DNA of 64,000 bases. Source: an uncultured virus (IMG/VR IMGVR_UViG_3300028327_000658) (taxonomy: Duplodnaviria > Heunggongvirae > Uroviricota > Caudoviricetes). Of the stretch, positions 51,501 to 61,900 are shown piece by piece. The translations under genes and the position numbers were made by a program. The stretch is from the IMG/VR virus record IMGVR_UViG_3300028327_000658; one strand, given 5' to 3'. The notes under the pieces are model-generated. The model saw nothing but the letters and a program-made list of their open reading frames with translations, was not told where the DNA came from and made no database searches. Position 1 is the first letter of the stretch, and every line of letters starts with the position of its first letter.

Positions 51501-52133
51501 AAAACAACAATGATGCTGGGAATAAACGAAAAAATAGCTTTTTTGAAAAATGAAAAAGTCCAGACGATAGCAGGAGAGAAGGTTAATATCCGTAACGGAC
51601 AAATAGCCACGATCATATCTTTGGACAGAGAAGGTAATGTAATAGCCTCTACCGGCGAGGGCGATAGCGAACAAAAAGTCAAATTCAACATCAACAGCGA
51701 ATATAATAAAATCACTACCGCATACGCATTATCATCCCACAAATCCCAGGGCATGACCGTCGATAAAATCATTTGGCATGCAAATACCGCCAAAGAAATA
51801 TCGACAAATAGCTTTTATGTGGCGATAACACGCTGTAAAAACGAAGTCAGTGTCTACACGGACGACACAGAAACATTACAAAAAAAAGCGCAAAAAGAGC
51901 AAGAAAAATATAGCACCGTCGTTGACGATAACTTTGAGTATGATGATGATAAAAAAAACACAAAAACCCATATCCGAACGATCTTCGATGACTGCGAACG
52001 TGCTTACGTTAAAGACACTAAAAACACCGGAGAACCCGAGAAAAAATTGACAGACTTTAACGACTGTGAATATACATATGCTAAAGACACTGTAAAAACC
52101 GTAAAAGAACAAGAAACATATAACTTATCATAA
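48507..52133 (+). CDS. trwC: MOBF relaxase-helicase (TrwC/TraI)
   Basis: KYYNQDNYY, DMTFSAPKSVS, HATSRELDPQLHAH, FSKRR; helicase motifs QGDAGTGKS, VDESGM, YALSSHKSQGMTVD. Confidence 0.97.
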   Translation: MLSISDKLTVSGAEKYYNQDNYYLESQGYFYGNLADQLGLEGTVSETQFKNLLNGYAPNEPTYKIGDIVQIDGKIRQITEIDAKNNVFSHIDPEKPLKKAKNHPLHTPLTQNAGKEDRRAGIDMTFSAPKSVSILSYQDDRIQSLFNEAVQEALDFAEQTYTQTRHKDKKGTVSFETTGNAAFAIFNHATSRELDPQLHAHCIMMNITKSSEKDKYMSMDYAKILQNNLLIGQHFRNILAMKMQQLGYSVKVTDRKKGFFEVAGIPDKILDTFSKRREQVEERLKELKALKFKDLPENQLTTWAAERVQTHTSQDSPHYLNRLAAEIETLKNSDEPVYASWKESELAVLATTGSRIRKKNVTQEYVIDQMNNTLSEHGTSLSQLTLTAQNFDGPPREKMELNQIIDATIESITKTESAFTRENFMKQALKQGLCDYTYDEINAEFNKMCESGQIIHFCNEHKPNSGETPLFTTAEIKRAEAENIEICKSSKTNICVDEATANKFIVENNNTLHAKKILSADDEKFNAYIKDLGESDKDIIKNLRTQFNQDKNSLSQIHRLFETNQTIKDFFYKKGQGFTPGQIDALKQMVATTCQISVIQGDAGTGKSFSMMYAKELLESQGYNVRGLAPTGKATDELAKAAKLEGSLTVDSFILQWEVNPKFRKQFAPGKECFVVDESGMIGSLAANKLLKIAKEINAKVVFVGDRKQFAAVSAGKFFSDLQDKAGVDMAVMEDVMRQKTIQTKAIVKAISSKSFKAAFNYLLGYNKIDIKKSKVKNYQIGQKLLFDQNIKSAYNIPPNTNAEIVDIKKSRLTVRYTLRNGKEEIVNIDPRKAHREYTVYSRDMNNKDQQFTNCISEIKDEEKRLHAVADDYLQCLEDGKDALVITATNDDRRKLNTIIRETLIQQGKVQNVAEFAVLEPKSISNPKDASGYQVGQVIEIDEAWLTIRETSEQAEKIPVEIIAIDQDKNTITVKDPNGNEYTINPYDFGKNPPSAFNKTTMMLGINEKIAFLKNEKVQTIAGEKVNIRNGQIATIISLDREGNVIASTGEGDSEQKVKFNINSEYNKITTAYALSSHKSQGMTVDKIIWHANTAKEISTNSFYVAITRCKNEVSVYTDDTETLQKKAQKEQEKYSTVVDDNFEYDDDKKNTKTHIRTIFDDCERAYVKDTKNTGEPEKKLTDFNDCEYTYAKDTVKTVKEQETYNLS

Positions 52134-52156
52134 AAACCTTAAAAAGGAGCTGTAAA

Positions 52157-52537
52157 ATGAACATCACCAAAAAAGAGGCTAAGAACCTAAAGGCCACCCT
52201 TGTTCAGGCCATCGACAATTGTATTACCTACAACTTGCTTCAGTACGCCACTGACGAAACGGATGAGGAGGAACCATCGAAATTGGACAAAATAATCAAA
52301 ATGCTGAGAAAGCATCCGTGGGCACAGGACAAAGCGTACAAAGACATCCGGGATATGATTGAGCTTGTCCAGAACGCCCAAAATTTAAGCGGCAACCCGG
52401 CACCGAAGACGGGGCGTGGCCAAAAGCCTAAAAATACCGCCGCACCTAACCCCGCGCCGGCGGCGGCCGCCGGAGCCGTGGCGGTCGGGCACAACCCTGC
52501 CGCAGCAACAGCGGCAACGGCGCAAACAGGGCAGTAA
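52157..52537 (+). CDS. Hypothetical protein with Ala/Pro-rich tail
   Basis: SD AAGGAG; followed by a terminator. Confidence 0.6.
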   Translation: MNITKKEAKNLKATLVQAIDNCITYNLLQYATDETDEEEPSKLDKIIKMLRKHPWAQDKAYKDIRDMIELVQNAQNLSGNPAPKTGRGQKPKNTAAPNPAPAAAAGAVAVGHNPAAATAATAQTGQ

Positions 52538-52546
52538 GCTGATATT

Positions 52547-52570
52547 CGGGGGCGAAAGCCCCCGTTTTGT
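52547..52570 (+). terminator. Intrinsic terminator of the mob operon
   Basis: CGGGGGC-GAAA-GCCCCCG-TTTTGT. Confidence 0.8.
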
Positions 52571-52625
52571 GTGTAAAACGGTACTCTATCAGCGGAAATC
52601 AAGTACCATAATTATGTAAAAATAC

Positions 52626-52731
52626 TTGCTTTTTTACCAAAAATATATTATATTGTATACACGTAAAATATTTTAAATTGTAACAAAAAAAGACAAAAAA
52701 ACTTGCTTTTTTATCAAAAACATGTTATATT
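52626..52731 (+). promoter_or_regulatory. Two tandem sigma70-like promoters
   Basis: TTGCTT-17-TATATT at 52626-52654 and 52703-52731. Confidence 0.7.
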
Positions 52732-52773
52732 ATAGAGTATAGCTTTATCTATAAACACAAACGGAAGCGATTT

Positions 52774-53316
52774 ATGCAAATCAAAACAGATAAAGAATGG
52801 TTTGCCATAAAAGAGGTTAGTGCTATTGTCGAAAGGAGCATACCGACTATCCGTAAATGGATTGACAACGGTATACTGCCGGCAGTCAAATACGGTGTAC
52901 ACTATCAAATTAGAAAAAACGAACTCGAAACATTTATGCAGCATACTATGCCTACTATCGGGAATCGCGATAACATAACTAAAACGAGCTTAAAAAATTA
53001 CTATACTATTGAAGATGTGTCCAAAATGTACGCTGTAAAAGAAGAGACCATCAGAAGATGGATTCGAGAAAACAAATTACCCGCACGTAAAAGCGGAAGG
53101 ACATACTTATTAGAAAAAAATGTAATAAGTAACTACTTTCGTAACACAAATACAGACAACTATTATACTGTAGAAGAAGTATCTTCGCTCAGTAATATAA
53201 AAGATTATACTATTAGAAAATTAATCCGTGAAAAGAAGATACCCGCATTTAAAAGCGGAAAGATATATTTATTAGAAAAAAACGTAATAAGCACCATTAT
53301 TGCAATGTGTAAATAG
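52774..53316 (+). CDS. DNA-binding protein with three tandem excisionase-type (HTH_17) domains
   Basis: Three repeats of (W/Y)(F/Y)x(I/V)xEVS....TIR(K/R)(W/L)I...LPA.K.G..Y. Confidence 0.85.
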   Translation: MQIKTDKEWFAIKEVSAIVERSIPTIRKWIDNGILPAVKYGVHYQIRKNELETFMQHTMPTIGNRDNITKTSLKNYYTIEDVSKMYAVKEETIRRWIRENKLPARKSGRTYLLEKNVISNYFRNTNTDNYYTVEEVSSLSNIKDYTIRKLIREKKIPAFKSGKIYLLEKNVISTIIAMCK

Positions 53317-53340
53317 AGTAGGGGAGAGACCCAAAACCCC

Positions 53341-53653
53341 CGCCGCCGATCGGCCGGCCGCCTCCGGCTTGGCTGTGTCTCGCCCCCCGCCGCCGATCAG
53401 CCGGCCGCCTCCGGCTTGGCTGTGTCTCGCCCCCCGCCGTCGATCGGCCGGCCGCCTCCGGCTTGGCTATGCTTCGCCCCCCCGCCGCCGATCAGCCGGC
53501 CGCCTCCGGCTTGGCTGTGTCTCGCCCCATGCTGCCGATCGGCCGGCCGTCCCCGGCTTGGCTATGCTTCGCCCCCCGCCGCCGATCGGCCGGCCGCCCC
53601 CGGCTTGGCTGTGTCTCGCCCCCTATCGCCGATCAGCCGGCCGCCCCCGGCTT
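53341..53653 (+). repeat. GC-rich 47-bp tandem repeat (about 6.6 copies)
   Basis: Unit CGCCGCCGATCRGCCGGCCGCCYCCGGCTTGGCTRTGYYTCGCCCCC starting at 53341, 53388, 53435, 53483, 53530, 53577, 53624. Confidence 0.95.
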
Positions 53654-53710
53654 TGATGTATTTTGGTGTAATTCTTACCAACCTATACCAATTTATCAAA
53701 GGAGGTTTTT

Positions 53711-54301
53711 ATGGTTTACGGCTACATCCGAGTTTCCACCGACAAACAGACGGTGGAAAACCAGCGTTACGAGATCAATCAGTTTTGCGCACAGAATACG
53801 ATAGCCGTCAGCCACTGGGTTGAGGAAGTCATATCCGGCGTGAAGTCGGTTGGTGAGAGGGAGCTTGGGCAGATACTCAAACAAATGAAAAAAGGCGACA
53901 CCATCATTTGTTCCGAGTTGTCACGGCTTGGGCGAAACCTGTTTATGATATTGGGGGTTCTGAACGAGTGCATGAGCCGCGAGGTTCAGGTTTGGACGAT
54001 CAAAGACAACTATCGCTTGGGCAACGGCATAAACAGTAAGGTTTTAGCGTTCGCCTTTGGGTTGTCAGCGGAGATTGAGCATAACCTGATCTCGCAGCGT
54101 ACGCGGGAAGCACTTGTCCGTAGAAAGGCCGAGGGTGTAGTTCTTGGCCGTCCGAAGGGCAGCAAATCGAGGGTCAAAAAGCTGACCGGCAAAGATTCAG
54201 AGATCAAGACTTTGTTGGATAGTAAGCTGTCGAAGTCGGCCATAGCCCGTATTTTGGGCGTTAACCGGCGAACGGTATTGACGTTTGTCAGGGGCAAGTA
54301 G
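53711..54301 (+). CDS. Serine recombinase of the Mpi (multiple promoter invertase) type
   Basis: YGYIRVSTDKQTVENQR, ICSELSRLGRNLFMI, VWTIKDNYRLG..I.SKVLAFAFGLSAEIE.NLISQRT, recalled as characteristic of Bacteroides Mpi. Confidence 0.9.
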   Translation: MVYGYIRVSTDKQTVENQRYEINQFCAQNTIAVSHWVEEVISGVKSVGERELGQILKQMKKGDTIICSELSRLGRNLFMILGVLNECMSREVQVWTIKDNYRLGNGINSKVLAFAFGLSAEIEHNLISQRTREALVRRKAEGVVLGRPKGSKSRVKKLTGKDSEIKTLLDSKLSKSAIARILGVNRRTVLTFVRGK

Positions 54302-54371
54302 TGTTTAACAATAAGACCCTCCCAGCCTTGTCATTGGCGGGGGGGTGTCATCAGCGGAGGCGGTTAACCCG

Positions 54372-54638
54372 CTAACGGGGGGCGTTGCCGCCATCCAACG
54401 CGGCACTTTTAGCATCGACCCGGCTAAACGCGGAGACTTTTTTGCCCGTACCGTACAATATATCCGTCAACAGCTCAGAATCGCCGCCTCCTATCAAAAT
54501 ATCCCAAACGTCAGCACCTCTAAGTCTAAATAAACGGCCTTCACTCTCCAAAAGAAAAGTATAGGACGGCTCCCACGCCAAAACATCTGCCCGGATTTCT
54601 TCCAGCCGGCGTTGCTTTTCCGCATCCCATTCAATCAT
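54372..54638 (-). CDS. Hypothetical protein
   Basis: 88 aa, SD GAAGG, last gene of the minus-strand run. Confidence 0.45.
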   Translation of the reverse strand: MIEWDAEKQRRLEEIRADVLAWEPSYTFLLESEGRLFRLRGADVWDILIGGGDSELLTDILYGTGKKVSAFSRVDAKSAALDGGNAPR

Positions 54639-54666
54639 ATATATACCTTCCGTTCAAGGTTTAAAT

Positions 54667-55215
54667 TCAAGAATCCAACCCTAAACCTTCTTTTTCGTTC
54701 TTTTTTTCTTTTCCTTCCTCCAATTTCATTTGACGCTCCAGACAATAATCCGTAATCATCAACGCAACACATTGATCCACACCCCGCCGGGCGTCGCTGA
54801 ACCTTTCGAAAACGCGAACAGCCCCGTCTTCGCCGCGAATGGGCCTATAGACCAAACTGTCATCCTTTGCCCGAAGTCTCAAAACAGCGCAATAATCATG
54901 TTTATTGCCGTTCCTTTGACCTACGACCAATCCTAAAACCCCTGCATCCGGGGTATCCTTCGCCGGAGTATCTGCCAGTTTGCTTTGCAACTGCCCAATC
55001 AAATAAACCCCGGTTTCGTCAATCTGACGAACATCGGATCCACGAAACATCCTCCATCCAATAGATTGTTTCTGAATCGCATCGTTCACACTGGAATGAA
55101 CCTTTTTTTTAAGCGAGTCAAGATCATCAGCTCCGCTGACCTGCCGCCTATCCAATGCGTCTATTGCTTTTGCAGCATACATCTCTACCTGTGTAGATAC
55201 ATATGTCTTGATCAT
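54667..55215 (-). CDS. Hypothetical protein
   Basis: 182 aa, SD AAGGAG. Confidence 0.6.
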   Translation of the reverse strand: MIKTYVSTQVEMYAAKAIDALDRRQVSGADDLDSLKKKVHSSVNDAIQKQSIGWRMFRGSDVRQIDETGVYLIGQLQSKLADTPAKDTPDAGVLGLVVGQRNGNKHDYCAVLRLRAKDDSLVYRPIRGEDGAVRVFERFSDARRGVDQCVALMITDYCLERQMKLEEGKEKKNEKEGLGLDS

Positions 55216-55454
55216 ACGTCACTCCTTTCCAAAACAAAATTTAATTGTTTTGCGGCTTTCGCTATTGCCCGTGCACTCATTTTTGCTTCTTTACAAGCGC
55301 AAATCGCACCCAATCTCCACCACTGACACAGCATCGGATCTCCTCCGGTTCCTCGGTAAAACGTACAACCCATATATGTTATATCGCCGCAATCTCCGGC
55401 TACACATTCGTAAAATGTACCGCTGCTTCGACGTTTATGCAGACAAGCATTCAT
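55212..55454 (-). CDS. Small Cys-rich hypothetical protein
   Basis: 80 aa, overlaps the next start. Confidence 0.45.
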   Translation of the reverse strand: MNACLHKRRSSGTFYECVAGDCGDITYMGCTFYRGTGGDPMLCQWWRLGAICACKEAKMSARAIAKAAKQLNFVLERSDV

Positions 55455-55465
55455 AACCTATCCTT

Positions 55466-55702
55466 TTATTTAAGAAAACATCTCGCTTTATCATAATATC
55501 GTTCCATCTCTTCAGCTCTACACGCCAAAGCAATCTCGTTTCCGCGTAATCTGGTACATTCCAAACAATAGCCGTCCGCGTCTCGGCAAGAAGAACACAC
55601 CGGTATCTCGCAATTAACACATGGCTTAACGTCAATCCGGTGTATATCGCCGTCTAAGGTACTAAAATAATGACACATAAAATCCATGCTAATTTTACCC
55701 AT
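55466..55702 (-). CDS. Small zinc-finger-like protein
   Basis: SD AGGAGG; CVNC..VCSSC..YCLEC. Confidence 0.55.
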   Translation of the reverse strand: MGKISMDFMCHYFSTLDGDIHRIDVKPCVNCEIPVCSSCRDADGYCLECTRLRGNEIALACRAEEMERYYDKARCFLK

Positions 55703-55936
55703 AACATCCTCCTTTGAATAAATATAATAAAAGACGCAACAGTATCCAAATTATTCTAAAATGAATTCATCCGTTCCATCCAACCGATAAATCCGCAAGT
55801 ACTTTCCAGTGTCAATATCCAACAAAACACCACGGAAAACCTTTTTATTAGGCCTCTTTTCCTTTTCAACAGTTACAATAGTCTCATTATCGCTATCATT
55901 TGCAATAGACTTTATTTCCATATAACATCTCCTTTG

Positions 55937-58900
55937 TTAATCATCAAATTCAATACCTGTCGATACTGTTTGTACCGTTTTTCCTGTCGTTAGCTCATTT
56001 TCGATATTCTTCACATAACTACTGACCGCTTCTTGCACGTCTTTATTCAAAGAATAAAATTCGGCTTCTACACGTAGAAAATCAAAATTTGACCTTGTTT
56101 TTGAATCCAGGGAGTTCGATAAACAAACCGTTTTACCATCTTTTTGCAGACAATTTACAGTATAAAGGCCTGTCGAAACATCCCGCTTGATCTGTATATC
56201 GCCGATCATAGATAAAGGCTTTCCCGAATGCAAAAAGTCGGCTTTGCTCACCATACCGCTTTTATCAACTTGTATATTCCATTCACGCCCATCATGCCCC
56301 TTATGCAATGCCTGAACAATAGTCCCGCACAGTCCGAGCGGAGTCGCTTTTTTAACCAAAATCGTGTTAGCGATAGCCAATTTTGTTATATTATGAAGAT
56401 TAAAATTATGAACCTTTTTTACATAGTCTACAACATTGTCTACTGTTTTCATGGTAAACCGTGACATCCGACTGTCACAAGCTTCCCGTAAATCAGACAT
56501 CATATAGTTTAGACGGGCTGCTTTCTTATCGACCGATGTGATCCACTTTGAGCTCTCCCAGGTTTTATACGATTCAGACACATTTTGCAAACAATTCAAT
56601 AGGGGTTCATTTGCAGCCGAACTGAATTCACGTAACCCAATATCTTTAACAACTTGCAAACATTTAGACGTATCCTGATACAATGAGGCCAATGTTCCAG
56701 AAACCTCGTTATAGTCGCTCCATTTTTCGTCCGTTTGCATACGCTTAGCATAAGTAGACGGCACTGCATAATCAAATCCCGTTTCACTCTTTAAATAATC
56801 TCTCAATACACAAACCTTATTATAATCCCTCAAAAACGTGTCGCTTTTTACGGCATTATGACGTTGCATGTTCAAATTACACCCATCCGACTTTAAACTC
56901 AGCGAATCAACGCCGATAACCACATCCGCCGCGACCCGCTTGCCCATAATCTTATCGACTTCGGCCCCAAATTCAGGAAACCTGTCACACATCCGTTCCC
57001 TTAAATCCATAAAAGCGCAAGCACTCTCTACACTATCAAATACCTGATTGCGATCAATCAAAAATTTTACATCTCTATATCCCTGATCCGTAACACGAAA
57101 ATCATAAAAATCAAAGAATGCTCCGACATCCTCAATCCGCGATCCATAATCCATCATTAACTGACAAACAGCATTAAAATCACGATCTAACATATCACGA
57201 GACGTGCTGTTATAATCTACCGTGCTATCCGAGGGAAGTTGTTGCAAAGGTTTAAATTTCTTAGCTTCATATTCCTGATTTTTTGCAGAAACGATAGTCG
57301 CAAGTCTATCCGCATCTTTAATTAATAATTCATTCGCATCCTTACAATCCCCATATATTTCGGTTTCAAGTTCACAATAAACATCGTTATCTACCATAAG
57401 TTTTACGTACAAATCTACAGCGGATTCATGCCCGGCTATATCATTATCTAACGCGAGAATCAACGGCTGTACCGGCTGCCTGTTATGAACCATATCCACG
57501 AATCTATCAATATTGCCGACGCTGCCCAAAGCCACCGCTTCGCCGCCGACAGACATTATACTCAGAGCGTCAATTTCGCCTTCAACAACAAATATCGGCT
57601 TATCCGACGTATATAACGCATTGCGGTTAAATACCTGAACTGTCCCAAACTTCCGGTAACGATCAGCCGGAGAAGCGTCAGCCGCAACATTTCGGGCAAC
57701 AAACGAATCATTCCCCGTAGGAACAACCAATGTTTGCCACATCTTGCTGCCCGTCCCATACTTGAAATAAGGGTCATATCCGACGTTAAACCGACGTAAA
57801 ACATCTATGTTAAGACTGCGGGTCTGCGGATAATCCGTATCGCCAAGCCGCTCGGCACACTTCTCAAAATACTTAGCCATCCGTGGAGTAGGCTGAATAT
57901 TAAACCGGATGCCGTTGTTTTTTGTCGGTAGGGTAGGGGAGACATCCGGCTCCGGTGTCGGTTTTTCTGCCATTTGTTTGCCCGAAAGCAAATCTTTGGC
58001 CGCATTTTGCGCTAATTCATCAAAAGTCATATCCCGTACCTGTTCTGGCGCCAATTCATGCACCATAGCTTTACGTTCCTTATCAAAAAGACGCTCCGAA
58101 ATCCACTGCCATAGGTCATTAAGACACGCTTTCACCCGCTCGCCGAACGTCTGCCACCGCTCGCCGTCGAATATCGCCTCGCCATTGTTGCCTATCGCAA
58201 ACGCCGCCGCTTCCTCCGCTAATTGTACGTCGTTTAAGTCTTTGTACGCCTCATTATTACGTAAACTTCTGTAAACGTCCGAATCCTGCGCGGCCTCTAC
58301 AAATCTATCGTATAACGGCTTATTATCTCGTTTAACCATATCTAACCACAAATGCCCGTATTCGTGGATCGGCGTATTTGCGTTCATTTTGTTCGGGTCG
58401 AGGTAAATTTTGCTGTCCTCGGTGGCGAAACCGTATACCTCGCCCTTCGGCGTGGACATAAGACGTACGTGCTCCGCAATCTCTATCGCAGCATCGTCGA
58501 AGACCACGTAGTTGCAGCTGCCATCGTGACTGCCATTAGACAGATAGCCGGTCGGGTACTGAATGCCGTCGATACCGGCACGGAGAAGGAATGCGGAAGC
58601 AGCTTTTGGAGAGCCAAGAACCATTGATAATTCATGTTTATAAAGCCACTCGCCGTCCCGCATACCACCGGGGAACATCAGTTCTCCCGTGGATTCATCA
58701 CGATAAAACAAACGCTCAAGGCTTTCTTTTGCGGCTTGTTTCATGATTTGCTGAAGCTGACTGGCTGTCGGCGGCTCGTCCCACCTGATAAAGTTTAGCT
58801 CATCCGCTGTCTTATCACCGTGGATTTTGACTTCATAAAGATTATGAGCAGACGGAGGCATTTCAACCTGGAGGGTCTTGTTATCTATAAGCGCAAGCCA

Positions 58901-61900
58901 ATCTTCGTTATTCTCGGAAACAATATAATCTCTTGCCTGTTTAATATCCCCGCTATAAAAACGAATAATATTTGCAAGCTCTCGTTTAAGAGTACCGCTA
59001 CTATTATCCACCTCTTCCCCGTCAATAAACACTTGAATAGGTAGAGTAGTACGACTCAATGTCTTCGCGTACCCCTCCGCAATCCCTCGCAAATCCGTAA
59101 AATATAACCCGAACCCATAAACCAGCGTCCCTTCCCCCGTTCCTATGTGGGCCGTCGAGAATCTGTCAAAAGCATGCGGGCTGCCATGCCAGACGTTCAT
59201 GTACCGGGCGGCCGGCTCCTCGCCGAACTCCTCCTCCAGCCGCTTCCGCATCGCCTCCGCGTCCGTGATCACGTCCTTAGCCAGCCCGGTCTTGCCCAGC
59301 CGGTCCAGCAGCTGGCCGAACTCTTTGGGCGGGATCGGGGTAGGGGAGTAGTCTCCAGAAAAAAAATTATTTTTTTTCTTGCTTTTTTCAGGAAAATTTA
59401 GTATATTATTATTAGAGTTTGGCTCTGTTGACACTTTCATTTGATCATGAAAGGTGGACATTGTGGGCCTTTGGTCGAAGCGAATATCATCGGATACGGT
59501 GATCATAACTTCAGGAGTCAGACTCTTTTTTATTGTTTTTTCTTTACTCCAAGTATAAGCAGTCCATACTTCTAAAGCATTATTTTTAATTATCGCATCC
59601 ACCACATGAAGTGTTCCATCCGCATATTGTTTTGATATGACCAAAGTATCATAACCACCTCGTTTAGTTTTACTTCCTTTCCTGATATAGTCAGGATGTG
59701 CCAAAACATCAGGTATAAGCCCAATATTTTCTAGTGTCATAGGGATTTGACCATCGTTTAACTCCTTTGTAATATCAGATCCATGCGTATCATATATGTG
59801 CTTTAAACCTTTTAACGTAATTATTTGTTTCGAAATAGATTTACCATAAAATGCGTTAACAGCATCTCTCACCTTGTTAGAAATCGGCCCTAGTTCTATC
59901 TCATTCTTACCATTTATATTCCGATGAGTTTTCTTTATTATTGTATTCCAAATATTAGATAACCAATTTTTGATTACCTCTGGTACAGTTGCTCTCGCTT
60001 CCTCCATAGTTAATAGGTTCTTTGCATCCGTAGACGTTCCATCACGTCGTGCAAACCTAATATTCTGGCGTTCTACTGCCGAAACGTCATAATCAGCACT
60101 CGGTGCCCACACAAACCCCGCCCCGGCACGTTTAAGAGACTCTAACTTTGATTTAATATATCGATTAGATGAAGCATTCAACCCCCCCTCAAACCATAAA
60201 TGACCCTTCTCACGGGCCGACACGTAAGACACCTCCCCTTTTCCGGTATCTTTAAACCAAACATTATCCAATACACATAATTTATGGCCAGAATGTACCC
60301 CGTCCCTTGCTACATCCAACGTTTTATCGTACATCTTTATATCGTTAGTCACAAACGCCACGGCTTCACCTCCATACTCCCGCATCTTTTGATAAACATT
60401 TTGATAATGCAGTTGAGACTCCGTAAGCGGAACCCAGCCCAAAATGTCGTTAGTCATCGACAATACCAACATTGCGGTTTTCTTTTCGTTATGAATATAT
60501 GCCGCACCTAGCTTCGCTATCTCTTGCGGACCGTGCGTACTAACACGAGGATGATTCAAATATAAAGAATTTCCACCGTCATAACTCATTTCCTCAACAT
60601 CCAAATTCGGATGTATAAAAGAAAACTTGTCATGGTCTAATATTATATGTCCCATAAATCTCGTCCATAAATTACCTAAATCTTGAGCTAATACCGATGT
60701 CGCGTGTTTATCCGCATCTGACGGCGTAACATCACCTGACGGATGATTATGCATCACGCAAAATCCTTTTGCATTTAACCTATTCATTCGGTCACGTATA
60801 TTATAAACTCCTCGCGCCGGTGTCTCCGCATCATACACCAAACTTATCCCTGTCAAACCGACTGAAACCATGTTATGACCCGCTATTGCGGTACATTCCT
60901 TGTCCGCAAAGTATATATGATGCGTCTGCTCCAAATGCGGATGACGATACACCGAAAACAACGCCGCTAAATCTTCCGGCGTTTCAACTATCTGGCCCCT
61001 CATATCTATACGCTTGCTAAGCCGCCATTCATCGGCTAAACGGGGCGATAACGAATATATTTCACGATTAACTTCTTCATCTATCAATTTTACTCGGTCT
61101 GCGCCGCCGAATTTAATATCCATTGCCGCAGCGGACAATCCCATATCTTCTAAAGGCCGACGTTGGTAACGGTCAATATGTTCTAACGTTTCGTCTACGC
61201 TATGACTCGCTAAATAAACCTCATTCTCGCGCCGACCCCAATTTACACGTATTCCTCCTAAATTACGCTCTATCTGAAGCAAACGGCTGCGGGCATCCGA
61301 CGCGGAAACATCCAGCCCGCATAATTGAAATGGATTAGAGCGATCCGCTAAAAACTCATCAATATCAGAATGTCCAGGCATTCTATATACATTTTTCGGA
61401 GCATGGAAGTACGTGTCTATCCCGTAAAGCAGCACTCCGTCCTCCACGTCCACAACATCACGGTACAATCCCGTCAAACGCTCCTTCGCATCCTCTTTAT
61501 CTTCTTTCATTACTTTTATAAAACCTATATCCGAAAACGGCGGAACGCTGACCAACTTGCTCAAATTCTGAAACATCATCTCGCTGTTCACATAACGCTC
61601 GCCGTCCGTTTTCAACCGCTGTTTTACATCATTCACGTCAAAACGCTGACACAGCGGCAACCGCGTCAACGCCCAGTTCGCCAGCCGGTTATTATACGCA
61701 AGATTCATCGCCATCATACCGGCGCATAACGGACGATGCGGCCCGCCATGCCGATTAACCCAGTCACACAAACCCGTAACCCCGCCTTGATCATATATTA
61801 GTCCCAAATCTTTGAAAAACAGCTTAAAATTCTTATCCGAATAAAATTTCTGAAACTCCTTCCATGCTTTATCGCCCCAACTGGAGCCAAAACGACGTGA

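Noticed and set aside
53300..53823. Pro/Arg-rich ORFs, or a CRISPR array, at the 47-bp repeat
   Set aside because: Pure tandem repeat without unique spacers; all three frames are open because of GC content.
55720..55921. Short ORF MEIKSIAND… with a good SD
   Set aside because: Stops after 24 codons; could be a frameshifted remnant, but this cannot be supported.
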